DNA of 64,000 nucleotides from Basidiobolus ranarum (Eukaryota): NCBI GenBank assembly GCA_040143965.1, contig JASJQH010006879.1, positions 1 to 64,000 of the forward strand, read 5' to 3'. Shown piece by piece: positions 10,830 to 24,010 of this stretch (position 1 is its first letter; each line of letters starts with the position of its first letter). The notes under the pieces were generated by a model. It saw only the letters and a program-made list of their open reading frames with translations, ran no database searches and was not told where the DNA came from. The position numbers and the translations under genes were made by a program.

Positions 10830-13036
10830 ATGACTGAACGAAAAAGAGCCGAAAGTGTACAAGAGTGGTTGAGTCAGTTACTCACTGATCCTTGGATATC
10901 TCCTACCATCGTAGCCGGCGAACTAACCAACGACACCTTGGAAGATATTAACGAACGTTGGAATTTATACGAAACTCAAATCAAACTAGGAGTATTATTC
11001 ACTCTAATCGGAATGAAGAAAAATGCACTTGTCGAGATGAGTAACAAGATCGAAGAGGTAAATAGGTGTTTCATTTGGTTTCAATTTTGGAACGAGGAGA
11101 GTTGCCTTTTTTTTCGCGTTAGATGAACGCGACACTCAAATTTGGCGATTTCTATTTTTGAAATAGACTAGAGAAACTTTCTTCAGTAACGCTCTCATAG
11201 TTTTTTAAAGTCAAGTAACACGAGTGGATTATTGGAATATCTGATCATGTGTGTGTATTCGAGGGAAATGGGAAGGAAGGGTTATCACTGGACTTTCAGA
11301 CTAGAAAATTAATGTCACTTTGGTTCTCTTTTAGTTATTAACGCAAGCGGTAAAAGATTCGGATGAATGGGTACGTTTAATTGCACAAATCTTCCTAGGG
11401 TTTTCTGTAACTGGTAGATTCAACTTTGAACCCCAAGTATTTGTGGAGCGCTGTACTCAGCCACTGTCTACTTTGAAAAACTCAAGTAAGTGACTTTCTT
11501 ATCTTTAAATGGTTGAAAAAGGTGGTTCTTAATATGATCGCCTATTTGTTTTATCATATATGATTAAATTAATACTGAGCAGTACAGAAATCTGGAGTCA
11601 ACTTTCATCCTAAGGAATTTGGTTATCTCAATAGTGAAGTTGTCAAGTCACTACAAGTCACAGTGGCTTCTAAAACCGTCAATCCTCATTTCAAAGTCAA
11701 AGATTCTCATACGTTACATGCTGAACGCCAAGACAAATTGAAGGATTTTGTAGCTACTACGAATCCTGTACCAGCTGGACCTGCTCCTGGTATTACCATG
11801 ACTAGACCACCCCCCGCTGGAGCCTCGTCATTGTTTGTCAATCGTCGCAAGAGTTCGACAAACTCGTTTTTGCGCTCATCTCAACCTAACAAAGGACCTG
11901 CCAACGCATTCAGTAAAGGTGAGCTAAACATATAAATTTGAATATGTTTGAGTATCGACTTACCCCTTTTGTGAATAGGTGTTGTCAGCAGCAATGTGGG
12001 AGGCTATCAAAGACAACAAAGAATCCAATTACTTGACCTGGATGAGGGAAGTTCCATCATAAAAAAGCAAGAGGAAACGAAACTGAAGCGACAACAAGGT
12101 ATATATTCGTTGAACGGATGTTTGTTAGATCATGATACTTATAATTGTCTTCATTCTAGACGAAGCATATGAAAAGGAACTCAAACGTCTCAAGCGCAAG
12201 ACGGAAGCAGAAGAAAAGAAACAAGCAGAAGTAGAGAAAACACGCGAGAGGGAAAAAGAACGCGAGGAAAAACGTGCTGCAAAGAGAAGAATGGATGAGG
12301 AAGCTCGCGAGGCGAAGGCGGCTGCTAAAGCAGCTGCTGCGACAGCCCTCACTGTTTCGGACGAAGCTGAAGATGGTAATTTTTAAGTTTAGAAACTCAA
12401 CAATACAGTTATTAATATTGATATCTACATATTTAGACCCAGTTGAAAAAGGTTGAGTATACGTGTAACGTGTCTATGATTATTAGGAACTAATAGGGTT
12501 TCTCTCCAGTTGAGCCTGAGCTTAATGCGAACAATGCAGAAGATGCCGAGGAAGACAATCCACTGGGTAGGTTCTTGATGGTTGTGTAGTAGATCTTTAC
12601 TAAACGGCTTTCTGTATCTAGGTACCCCTGCATTATCTGAATCTCCACCCCCCATAAATGCACCAACCGATGTTACATCGCCTCCAATTGAGCCTAGTAT
12701 CAGTCCACAATTGCAGCAAACTCAGCTTGCGGTGCTACAAGATACCAATGCTCTTAACGAAGATGATCGTCAACGGATTGTCGATTTCCTTTGCGGAAAA
12801 GCAGGTAAATGGCGGGCATTAATAGGAATGATCCACAATTAAAGCTAACTTGTCATCCTAAACTAGTTACCATGCCTCCCGACCATATTGGAGAAACGTA
12901 TCAAATTGTTATGAATGAGAAGCAGAAGTTCGATAACCGAACCTCACGCACCGTTGTAGAGCATATTGTGTTTGAAATGAATTTGTCCAACGGTCAATGG
13001 CGTAAACTTCGTAGAAAAAAGACGGTGAACCCTTGA
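10830..13036 (+). CDS. NELFA: Negative elongation factor A (NELF-A/WHSC2) orthologue, intact copy, multi-exon
   Basis: The spliced product matches animal NELF-A blocks in order: EWLSQLLTDPW, KLGVLFTLIGMKK, AVKDSDEWVRLIAQIF (human ASLDSDPWVLMVADIL), HPKEFGYLN..HFKVK (LPLECQYLN..HFQLK), IQLLDL (VKLLDI), IVDFLCG (ILGFMAG) and IVFEMNLSNGQWRKLRRKK (TVFEMNYATGQWTRFKKYK). Confidence 0.88.
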
Positions 13037-13515
13037 ATGACCAGTGTTATTGGTTGATGGTGTATAATTCTCTTTGGTGAAAGTTTGCTGTATCTTTTAA
13101 TGATTTGTTGTCATATTTTGAAGCTCGATTTTAACTTGCATTTTCTATGTACGATCTATTCATTCTTGTTGTAATCGTCTGATAGTAGCAAACAAGAATA
13201 AACTCTGTAATATCTTGATTTTGTACAATCCTATTCAATCTCCATGTCATTACAAATGTCGCCAAGATTCTATTTTTAACCATGGGAAGTTCGAAGTTTT
13301 AGTTGGATTGATTGGATCATGAGACCTTATATTTTTCGCAGGATGGATTAATTGTGAGTGACCAAAGAACCCATTCCTAAGTCCAAGTTACGAGAAATAT
13401 CTTCACATCAAATCTCGGCTGAATATAGAGCATACACACAACTTGCTATTTCGACTAGCATTGAGGAGACTTGGCTTTGTATTATAGTTTTCGTTTATCT
13501 TGACTGGAATATAAC

Positions 13516-15580
13516 ATGTACACAAAATATCCTCTATATATGATACCCTTGCGAGCAGCATTGCTGCTCTCCTTCATACTAGCCTTTATTACTCCGAGCA
13601 GTGCGGTGGGCATATTTCAACCTAGAGTGGTTATTAATGGTACTCAACAAGTAGCCACTCTTTCACAATTCGCTTACGCGGAAGGTGGTCGAGGGCGTGT
13701 TTTCATTGATAGTTTTTCTGGCATTCCAGAGAATTATCCTAATCGACATTTCTTCAAATTCATCGCAGTAGAGCAGAGTGACTGGTCAACTGTAAGTAGT
13801 GGCAGACTCACATACAAAAACTTCTACAGAAAAATGGAACTGACTTTACCGATAACCTTCTAGGTAGAAGCAACAGTCTCTTCTTCTGAAAAGAGTTATT
13901 GTGAACTCGACAGAGTATTTTGGGGAAAGTCTACTATTTACTGGAATGAACTCGACTATTCCCTACTACAAGGAACTCTCAACTTAAGTCAACCGGTTAT
14001 AAACTTCGAGATTGATAAAGCTGGTGTATACAACATGATGTTCTTGAACTGCGGTAATTTTAGAGTGGAGTTTTGGGTAACTATCTCGTCTCATATACAG
14101 TATTTGCATTATATTCTAAAAATTGAAATTTCTTCGAAAAAAGCTTTATGCAGCGTTTTTCAATGTGATTCATGACAAAATCACTCAGCTACCTTATGGC
14201 TCCACACAATTGCCAACCATATATGTAATCTTTGGGTTCGGAGTATGGCCAATATTGACGCTTCCCTGGGCTATCAATTGGTATAGACATCGTGAGGTAC
14301 GTATCATAATCATGTCAAAAGAGAACTTGTCACCTTCTTACAATTCTTTTCGAATTTCAGCTTAAAGTCAACCTGCATTGGCTTTACTCATTACATCCCT
14401 TGTTGCAGGTGATATTTTGCTTGTTTAGTGCGTTTACTTTTAGTTTTGTCTCCAGAACAGGTATAATTTGAACTATCAGATAACTATACATACCAAATGT
14501 TAAACATAGCTTTGATAAGGTGAAGAACCCCAATGGTTGGACGTATTCAGAGGATGTGTAATGTTTACTGCCGCTTTTTCATATTTTTTGTTCCGTCTCT
14601 ACGTCTCTAAAGGCTACGGGATTACTCGTTTGAAACTTTCGTCACATGAAAGTAGAGCAGTTTTTGGTATGGAGTCTATGGGCGGTTTCATCAGATACTT
14701 TTTTGCTTCTTGAGTACTTAAATATTGCTATCTAGGTGTTGCGACGTTTACCGCGGTAGCAGAATCAGCTCAACAAATCATAGGAGGATCCTCGGTGGTA
14801 AGTACCCCTTGAACAACCCAATTCGAAGGAAGCTCTCTAACGCTCATGAATCAGATTGGAGTGTTTGTCTTTTATTTCCTGTTCTACTTTTATCTCTATT
14901 GGAATTCACGCATGCACCTTCGATTACTCCGTATCTACATTTTCAAACTTCGGGAGAGGTCATCAACGGGATTATTGGTCAAAGTATACTACAAGAAGTA
15001 CAAGCTGATATTGTAAGTTGGAATTATAACCTGAAGACGGACAACCTGAGTTAAGCACCCCTCCCTTTTCAAATTTAGGTGGGCTTGTCGTATTTCTATA
15101 TGCTTTGGCTTTGTCTCGTTTATGGTAAGAGCATATTTAACTCAGCTAGATTGACACGAACTCATCCTCAAACCATGAATTTAGGTACAACTGATAGATT
15201 ATCTAGTTTTACCGTTAGGTTTTGGCTATATTCATCAAGTCTTGTTTCAACTCATTCGTGGAATAGATTTCCTTGTCATGGGGTAAGCAATATCATTTGC
15301 TAGTCATTCCTTTTTGATCACTTCTAAATTCACACTTCACTTTAGTTATTTATTCTCCTTGAAATCCATTGAGGATCGTATCTCAGTTTCCTCTTATTCA
15401 CTACGTCGTCGAGAAGTTTTGGAGCGTCAATCAGTATCTCAACAACGTCAAGCTGTACCTTCTATAATGTTAGAGAATCCATCGTCTGGATCCCATGGCC
15501 CTTCTCAAACTAACCAGATCTCCCCTAATCCGACTTCCAGAATGGTATTGAGATTCAGAAATTGGATGGGACGAAATTGA
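13516..15580 (+). CDS. GOLD-domain seven-transmembrane protein (GPR107/TMEM87/GPR180-like), copy 1, apparently intact
   Basis: Signal peptide, luminal GVYNMMFLNC, LPYG..LPTIY, WAINWYRHR, LHW and SKGYGITR. An open spliced frame can be built through to TGA at 15580. The start may be 13540. Confidence 0.75.
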
Positions 15581-15671
15581 ATTGAATTTTGGTTTATTGA
15601 TGAAAATGCATGTAAATAAATATCACCGATAATGTCATTTATACTAAAGAATCAAGGGATCTCCAGTATAT

Positions 15672-16075
15672 TTATGACTCAAGGACGGTCGCTACATAAG
15701 GAAGTATATGAGAAAATGTGTACACTCCCGCACAAGCTTGCGCATATGCTTTCAAATGCTTAGGATGTGGTGATGAATTAGTACCGAGGAAGAAACGTGG
15801 ATGACCTTCCTTGATTACTTGTCTCAAGGCAGCGCGATCCTGAGGATATTTAGCAACTGGCTTACAAAAATGATGAGCTTGACCAGCCCAATCATCCACA
15901 GTAAGACTCAAATGATGTACAGTAATAGTACAACCAACAGTATCTCCTAAGGATTTAACCTATAAAAGGTTAGAATTGTAGAACAATCATTAAAAAGATT
16001 AACTTATAGTTGTACCATGTCGACAGTCACTTTAATAGTAGTATGCTCCAAAACGATTCTCAACTTAGAGAATGC
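15672..16075 (-). pseudogene. 3' fragment of dihydroorotase (URA4), decayed duplicate
   Basis: Cut at the duplication junction and lacking the 5' exons. The catalytic motif GTDSAPH is mutated to GTNSSPH, with further substitutions relative to the copy at 20946. Confidence 0.9.
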
Positions 16076-16145
16076 TATATATATACATGTATATATCTGT
16101 AGTTTCGTTGAACATAGTTTTCTTTGACCCACTAATATCTACCAA

Positions 16146-18299
16146 ATGACCGAACGCAAAAGAGCCGAAAGTGTACAAGAGTGGTTGAGTCAGTTACTCA
16201 CTGATCCTTGGATATCTCCTACCATCGTAGCCAGTGAACTAACCAACGACACCTTGGAAGATATTAACGAACGTTGAAATTTATACGAGACGCAAATCAA
16301 ACTAGGAGTATTATTCACTCTAATCGGAATGAAGAAAAATGCACTTGCCGAGATGAGTAACAAGATCGAAGAGGTAAATAGGTGTTTCATTTGGTTTCAA
16401 TTTTGGGACGATTTCTATTTTTAAAATAGACTAGAGAAACTTTCTTCAGTAACGCTCTCATAGTTTTTTAAAGTCAAGTAACACGAGTGGATTGCTGGGA
16501 TATCTGGCCATGTGTGTATATTCGAGAGAAACGGGAAGGAAGGGTTATCACTGGACTTTCAGACTAGAAAATTGATGTCACTTTGGTTCTCTTTTAGTTA
16601 TCAACTTAAGCGGTAAAAGATTCGGATGAATGGGTACGTTTAATTGCACAAATCTTCCTAGGGTTTTCTGTAACTAGTAGATTCAACTTTGAACCCCAAG
16701 AATTTGTGGAGCGCTGTACTCAGCCACTGTCTACTTTGAAAAACTCAAGTAAGTGACTTTCTTATCTTTAAATGGTTGGAAAAGGTGGTTCTTAATATGA
16801 TCGCCTATTTGTTTTATCATATATGATTAAATTAATACTGAGCAGTACAGAAATCTGGAGTCAACTTTCATCCTAAGGAATTTGGTTATCTCAATAGTGA
16901 AGTTGTCAAGTCACTACAAGTCACAGTGGCTTCTAAAACCGTCAATCCTCATTTCAAAGTCAAAGATTCTCATACGTTACATGCTGAACGCCAAGACAAA
17001 TTGAAGGATTTTGTAGCTACTACGAATCCTGTACCAGCTGGACCTGCTCCTGGTATTACCATGACTAGACCACCCCCTGCTGGAGCCTCGTCATTGTTTG
17101 TCAATCGTCGCAAGAGCTCGACAAACTCGTTTTTGCGTTCATCCCAACCTAACAAAGGACCTGCCAACGCATTCAGTAAAGGTGAGCTAAACATATAAAT
17201 TTGAATATGTTTGAGTATCGACTTACCCCTTTTGTGAATAGGTGTTGTCAGCAGCAATGTGGGAGGCTATCAAAGACAACAAAGAATCCAATTACTTGAC
17301 CTGGATGAGGGAAGTTCCATCATAAAAAAGCAAGAGGAAACGAAACTGAAGCGACAACAAGGTATATATTCGTTGAACGGATGTTTGTTAGATCATGATA
17401 CTTATAATTGTCTTCATTCTAGACGAAGCATATGAAAAGGAACTCAAACGTCTCAAGCGCAAGACGGAAGCAGAAGAAAAGAAACAAGCAGAAGTAGAGA
17501 AAAAACGCGAGAGGGAAAAAGAACGCGAGGAAAAACGTGCTGCTAAGAGAAGAATGGATGAGGAAGCTCGCGAGGCGAAGGCGGCTGCTAAAGCAGCTGC
17601 TGCGACAGCCCTCACTGTTTCGGACGAAGCTGAAGATGGTAATTTTTAAGTTTAGAAACTCAACAATACAGTTATTAATATTGATATCTACATATTTAGA
17701 CCCAGTTGAAAAAGGTTGAGTATACGTGTAACGTGTCTATGATTATTAGGAACTAATAGGGTTTCTCTCCAGTTGAGCCTGAGCTTAATGCGAACAATGC
17801 AGAAGATGCCGAGGAAGACAATCCACTGGGTAGGTTCTTAACGGTTGTGTAGTAGATCTTTACTAAACGGCTTTCTGTATCTAGGTACCCCTGCATTATC
17901 AGAATCTCCACCTCCCATAAATGCACCAACCGATGTTACATCGCCTCCAATTGAGCCTAGTATCAGTCCACAATTGCAGCAAACTCAGCTTGCGGTGCTA
18001 CAAGATACCAATGCTCTTAACGAAGATGATCGTCAACGGATTGTCGATTTCCTTTGCGGAAAAGCAGGTAAATGGCGAGCATTAATAGGAATGATCCACA
18101 ATTAAAGCTAACTTGTCATCCTAAACTAGTTACCATGCCTCCCGACCACAGTGGAGAGACTTATCAAATTGTTATGAATGAGGAACAGAAGTTCGATAAC
18201 CGAACCTCACGCACCGTTGTAGAGCATATTGTGTTTGAAATGAATTTGTCCAACGGTCAATGGCGTAAACTTCGTAGAAAAAAGACGGTGAACCCTTGA
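16146..18299 (+). pseudogene. NELF-A duplicate, pseudogenised
   Basis: TGG>TGA at 16275-16277 (codon 44) and CAA>TAA at 16607-16609 in exon 2. It has a ~53-bp deletion in intron 1, and only ~75 bp of the native upstream region was duplicated. Confidence 0.9.
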
Positions 18300-18794
18300 A
18301 TGACCAGTGTTATTGGTTGATGGTGTATAATTCTCTTTGGTGAAAGTTTGCTGTATCTTTTAATGATTTGTTGTCATATTTTGAAGCTCGATTTTAACTT
18401 GCATTTTCTATGTACGATCTATTCATTCTTGTTGTAATCGTCTGATAGTAGCAAACAAGAATAAACTCTGTAATATCTTGATTTTGTACGATTCTATTCA
18501 ATTTCCATATCATTACAAATGTGGCCAAGATTCTATTTCTAACCATAAGCAATCAATCTAACCAAAACTTCGAAGTTTTGGTTAGATTGATTGGATCATG
18601 AGACTTGCTATTTTTCCCAGGATGGATTAATTGTGAGTGACCGAAGAATCCATTCCTAAGTCCAAGTTACGAGAAATATCTTCACACCAAATCTCGGCTG
18701 AATATAGAGCATACACACAACTTGCTATTTCGACTAGCATTGAGGAGACGTGGCTTTGTATTATAGTTTTCGTTTATCTTGACTGGAATATAAC

Positions 18795-20707
18795 ATGTAC
18801 ACAAAATATCCTCTATATATGGTACCCTTGCGAGCAGCATTGCTGCTCTCCTTCATACTAGCCTTTATTACTCCGAGCAGTGCGGTGGACATATTTCAAC
18901 CTAGAGTGGTTATTAATGGTACTCAACAAGTAGCCACTCTTTCACAATTCGCTTACGCGGAAGGTGGTCGAGGGCGTGTTTTCATTGATAGTTTTTCTGG
19001 CATTCCAGAGAATTATCCTAATCGACATTTCTTCAAATTCATCGCAGTAGAGCAGAGTGACTGGTCAACTGTAAGTAGTGGCAGACTCACATACAAAAAC
19101 TTCTACAGAAAAATGGAACTGACTTTACCGATAACCTTCTAGGTAGAAGCAACAGTCTCTTCTTCTGAAAAGAGTTATTGTGAACTTGACAGAGTATTTT
19201 GGGGAAAGTCTACTATTTACTGGAATGAACTCGACTATTCCCTACTACAAGGAACTCTCAACTATCATAAACCGGTTATAAACTTCGAGATTGATAAAGC
19301 TGGCGTATACAACATGATGTTCTTGAACTGCGGTAATTTTAGAGTGGAGTTTTGGGTAACTATCTCGTCTCGTATACAGTATTTGCATTATATTCTAAAA
19401 ATTGAAATTTCTTCGAAAAAAGTGCTCTGCAGCGTTTTTCAATGTGATTAATGGCACACCCACTGATCTGCCTTATGGCTCCACACAATTGCCAACCATA
19501 TATGTAATCTTTGGGTTCGGAGTATGGCCAATATTGACGCTTCCTTGGGCTATCAATCGGTATAGACATCGTGAGGTGCGTATCATAATCATGTCAAAAG
19601 AGAACTTGTCACCTTCTTACAATTCTTTTCGAATTTCAGCTTCAAGTCAACCTGCATTGGTTGTACTCATTGCATCCCTTGTTGCAGGTGATATTTTGCT
19701 TGTTTAGTGCGTTTACTTTTCTCCACAGAAGAGGTATAATTTGAACTATCAGATAGCTATACATACCAAATGTTAAACATAGTTTTGATAAGGTGAAGAA
19801 CCCCAACGGTTGGACGTATTCAGAGGATGTGTAATGTTTACTGCCGCTTTTTCATATTTTTTGTTCCGTCTCTACGTCTCTAAAGGCTACGGGATTACTC
19901 GTTTGAAACTTTCGTCACATGAAAGTAGAGCAGTTTTTGGTATGGAGTCTATGGGCGGTTTCATCAGATACTTTTTTGCTTCTTGAGTACTTAAATATTG
20001 CTATCTAGGTGTTGCGACGTTTGCCGCGGTAGCAGAATCAGCTCAACAAATCATAGGAGGATCCTCGGTGGTAAGTACCCCTTGAACAACCCAATTCGAA
20101 GGAAGCTCTCTAACGCTCATGAATCAGATTGGAGTGTTTGTCTTTTATTTCCTGTTCTACTTTTATCTCTATTGGAATTCACGCATGCACCTTCGATTAC
20201 TCCGTATCTACATTTTCAAACTTCGGGAGAGGTCGTCAAGGGGATTATTGGTCAAAGTATACTACAAGAAGTACAAGCTGATATTGTAAGTTGGAATTAT
20301 AACCTGAAGACGGACAACCTGAGTTAAGCATCCCTCCCTTTTCAAATTTAGGTGGGCTTGTCGTATTTCTATATGCTTTGGCTTTGTCTCGTTTATGGTA
20401 AGAGCATATTTAACTCAGCTAGATTGACACGAACTCATCCTCTAAACCATGAATTTAGGTACAACTGATAGATTATCTAGTTTTACCGTTAGGTTTTGGT
20501 TATATTCGTCACATCTTATTTCAACTCATTCGTGGAATAGATTTCCTTGTTATGGGGTAAGCAATATCATTTGCTAGTCATTCCTTTTTGATCACTTCTA
20601 AATTCACACTTCACTTTAGTTATTTATTCTCCTTGAAATCCATTGAGGATCGTATCTCAGTTTCCTCTTATTCACTACGTCGTCGAGAAGCTTTGGAGCG
20701 TCAATAA
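18795..20707 (+). CDS. GOLD-7TM protein copy 2, C-terminal tail truncated (possibly decaying)
   Basis: Same exon structure as copy 1, but TCA>TAA at 20705-20707 removes ~49 tail residues (ancestral stop at 20854). It also has two W>R changes and an in-frame 6-nt deletion near 19720. Confidence 0.65.
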
Positions 20708-20945
20708 GTATCTCAACAACGTCAAGCTACACCTTCCACAATGCTAGAGAATCCATCGTCTGGATCCCATGACCCTTCTCAAACTAACCAGATCTCCCCT
20801 AATCCGACTTCCAGAATGGTATTGAGATTCAGAAATTGGATGGGACGAAATTGAATTGAATTTTGGTTTATTGATGAAAATGCATGTAAATAAATATCAC
20901 CGATAATGTCATTTATACTAAAGAATCAAGGGATCTCCAGTATAT

Positions 20946-22015
20946 TTATGACTCAAGGATGGTCGCTACATAAGGAAGTACGTGGGAAGATGTGTACACT
21001 CCAGCACAAGCTTGTGCGCATTCTTTCAAATGCTTAGGATGTGGTGCTGAATCAGTACCAAGGAAGAAACGTGGATGACCTTCCTTGATTACTTGTCTCA
21101 AGGCAGCGCGATCCTGAGGATATTTAGCAACTGGCTTACAAAAATGATGAGCTTGACCAGCCCAATCATCCACAGTAAGACTCAAATGATGTACAGTAAT
21201 AGTACAACCAACAGTATCTCCTAAGGATTTAACCTATAAAAGGTTAGAATTGTAGAACAATCATTAAAAAGATTAACTTATAGTTGTACCATATCAACAG
21301 CCGCTTTAGTAGTAGCATGCTCTAAAACGATTCTCAATTTAGGGAATGCTTCGTGTAGTTCCTTTAAGTGACTTAAGAAAGTTTCCTCGGCATTCATAAC
21401 GCAGATATTCTTCTCGGCGTCGCTAGGTACTTCTCCGTGAAGGTTGAGTACCAAACCCTCCTCTTCCATGGCCTTGAATACTGGGTAGTAAGCAGTATAA
21501 CTTTCAATGCCAGAGTCACTGTTAGTGGTTACACCTCTAGGATAAGATTTAACCCCTAAAACACGACCAAGGTATTAGATATAGTAGGATTTTATGAAAT
21601 ACTCGTATGAAATCACCTTTAACACCAGCTTTCGCGGCTTTTCTGATTTCCTCGGGGTTAAGTTCGGGTGAAAGATACAAGGTCATCAAAAAGGTCACAT
21701 TAGGAGCAAGTTGTTGGAGTTCAGCTTTATATGCGAGAGCTTGTTCAGTATTTGCCACGACAGGTTTCAAGTTTGGCTGGAAAAAAGATTAATCAGGGGA
21801 ATCTTCTTATAAATAGGAAATCTAGAGAAATAGCTCTTTTATACCATAATGTAGGCGAGAGAAACACCACCCTTCTCAACTTCGGGGGTGACCAACTTCA
21901 TAAGGTCACCTTGACGAAGGTGAAGATGAAAGTCACAAGCAGCAGGTACAGTGATAGTGTTTACCATTCTTACTCCAGTTCTTTTTACTACGTTTCTAAC
22001 CAACGAAGAAAGCAT
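20946..22015 (-). CDS. URA4: Dihydroorotase (type II, homodimeric), multi-exon
   Basis: DFHLHLRQG, GVTTNS, NLHGE, LEHATT, HHFCKPVAK and FLGTDSAPH. In-frame ATGs at 22015 and 21967. The C-terminus looks short (see findings). Confidence 0.88.
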
Positions 22016-22495
22016 TTTTATGAGAATATTAAAGTATTGAATTTTTTTACATCTGATATCAATCATTCATCTGACTATATCGAAATGGTGACTGACATAT
22101 GTTCAATCTATTGATTTAGAAAATTATCCGAAAATCTTTGGAAATGTGGGATAAACCTTTGATCGTCCCATTTCAAATAATCATCATGGTTAATGTCTAG
22201 TAAATCAACGGTGCAAGTGTATCTTGCTTCTTACACACCTACTACGATTAACAAGAAATTAAGTATACAGTATGTGTGTGGAGATACTTTGTGAAAAGAG
22301 GTAAGAGGATTTATTAAAGGTTATGGATAATATCTTTAAAGTTGAAAAAAACGAAAGGAAAGGTAATAAGAAAATACTGTAACTCTACCATAATCTCCAT
22401 GAAAATAAAGGAGAATTGTTGGATGGTAGTTTAAGAGCAGGTAATATTTCAAGTGTGAATAGTATACCTGTTTCACTCCATCGCTATAGTCTCTC

Positions 22496-23350
<855 letters not shown>

Positions 23351-24010
23351 AGATGTACCTATTTACTTCTCATCAGAAACAAAGTTGAGATGTTAGTTGT
23401 CTGACGTAAGTATAGGGAAGTGGTTGAAATACCTTGAGTGGAGATTACAAATACCAGTTAGACGAATAACTATTATATTTCAGTAATAAAGAGGATAAGG
23501 AATTAAAGGACGTTTCTTTTTGTCCAGTCAGAAGAAAAACAAAAAGAATAGACGAAGGTGATCGATAATGAGAGTAGTAGGTGGAGGGATCAAGTTTACA
23601 AGTTAGCACTCCCTCAACCATACCAAGAAATCAAGAAGTGATCATCTGATTGGTTAGATGCTCAGAAATAATGTTTATTGTAATTTCGTGTATCAAAATT
23701 TAACGAATCTCTTAATACTTGCATTCATTATGATGGGTTGCGGTACATAAGTCACCCTACAATACCTATGTACGTTGATGCAGTTATTCATTCCAAAGTG
23801 CGATTATTGGAGTTTGGTGGCGAAATCTGGTTATAGGAAATTACCATGTTAATTAATATCCTAATTTATCAAATAGTCTCATGAAATACTCGAAAAATTC
23901 GATCAAATCAATGTTTTGTTTGCGAAACCAGGACTAGATGGGAACCAAACCAAATCAAACAAATTCCTCTTTCCAGAAAACAACACCAACACTTTAACTA
24001 TTGAGTTTAC

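Larger units (their letters stand above)
10749..21349. repeat. Tandem segmental duplication: unit 1 ~10749-16075, unit 2 ~16071-21349
   Basis: Near-identical ORFs, introns and intergenic DNA offset by ~5.26-5.32 kb. AATGC occurs at 10749-10753, at the junction 16071-16075, and at 21345-21349. Confidence 0.95.
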
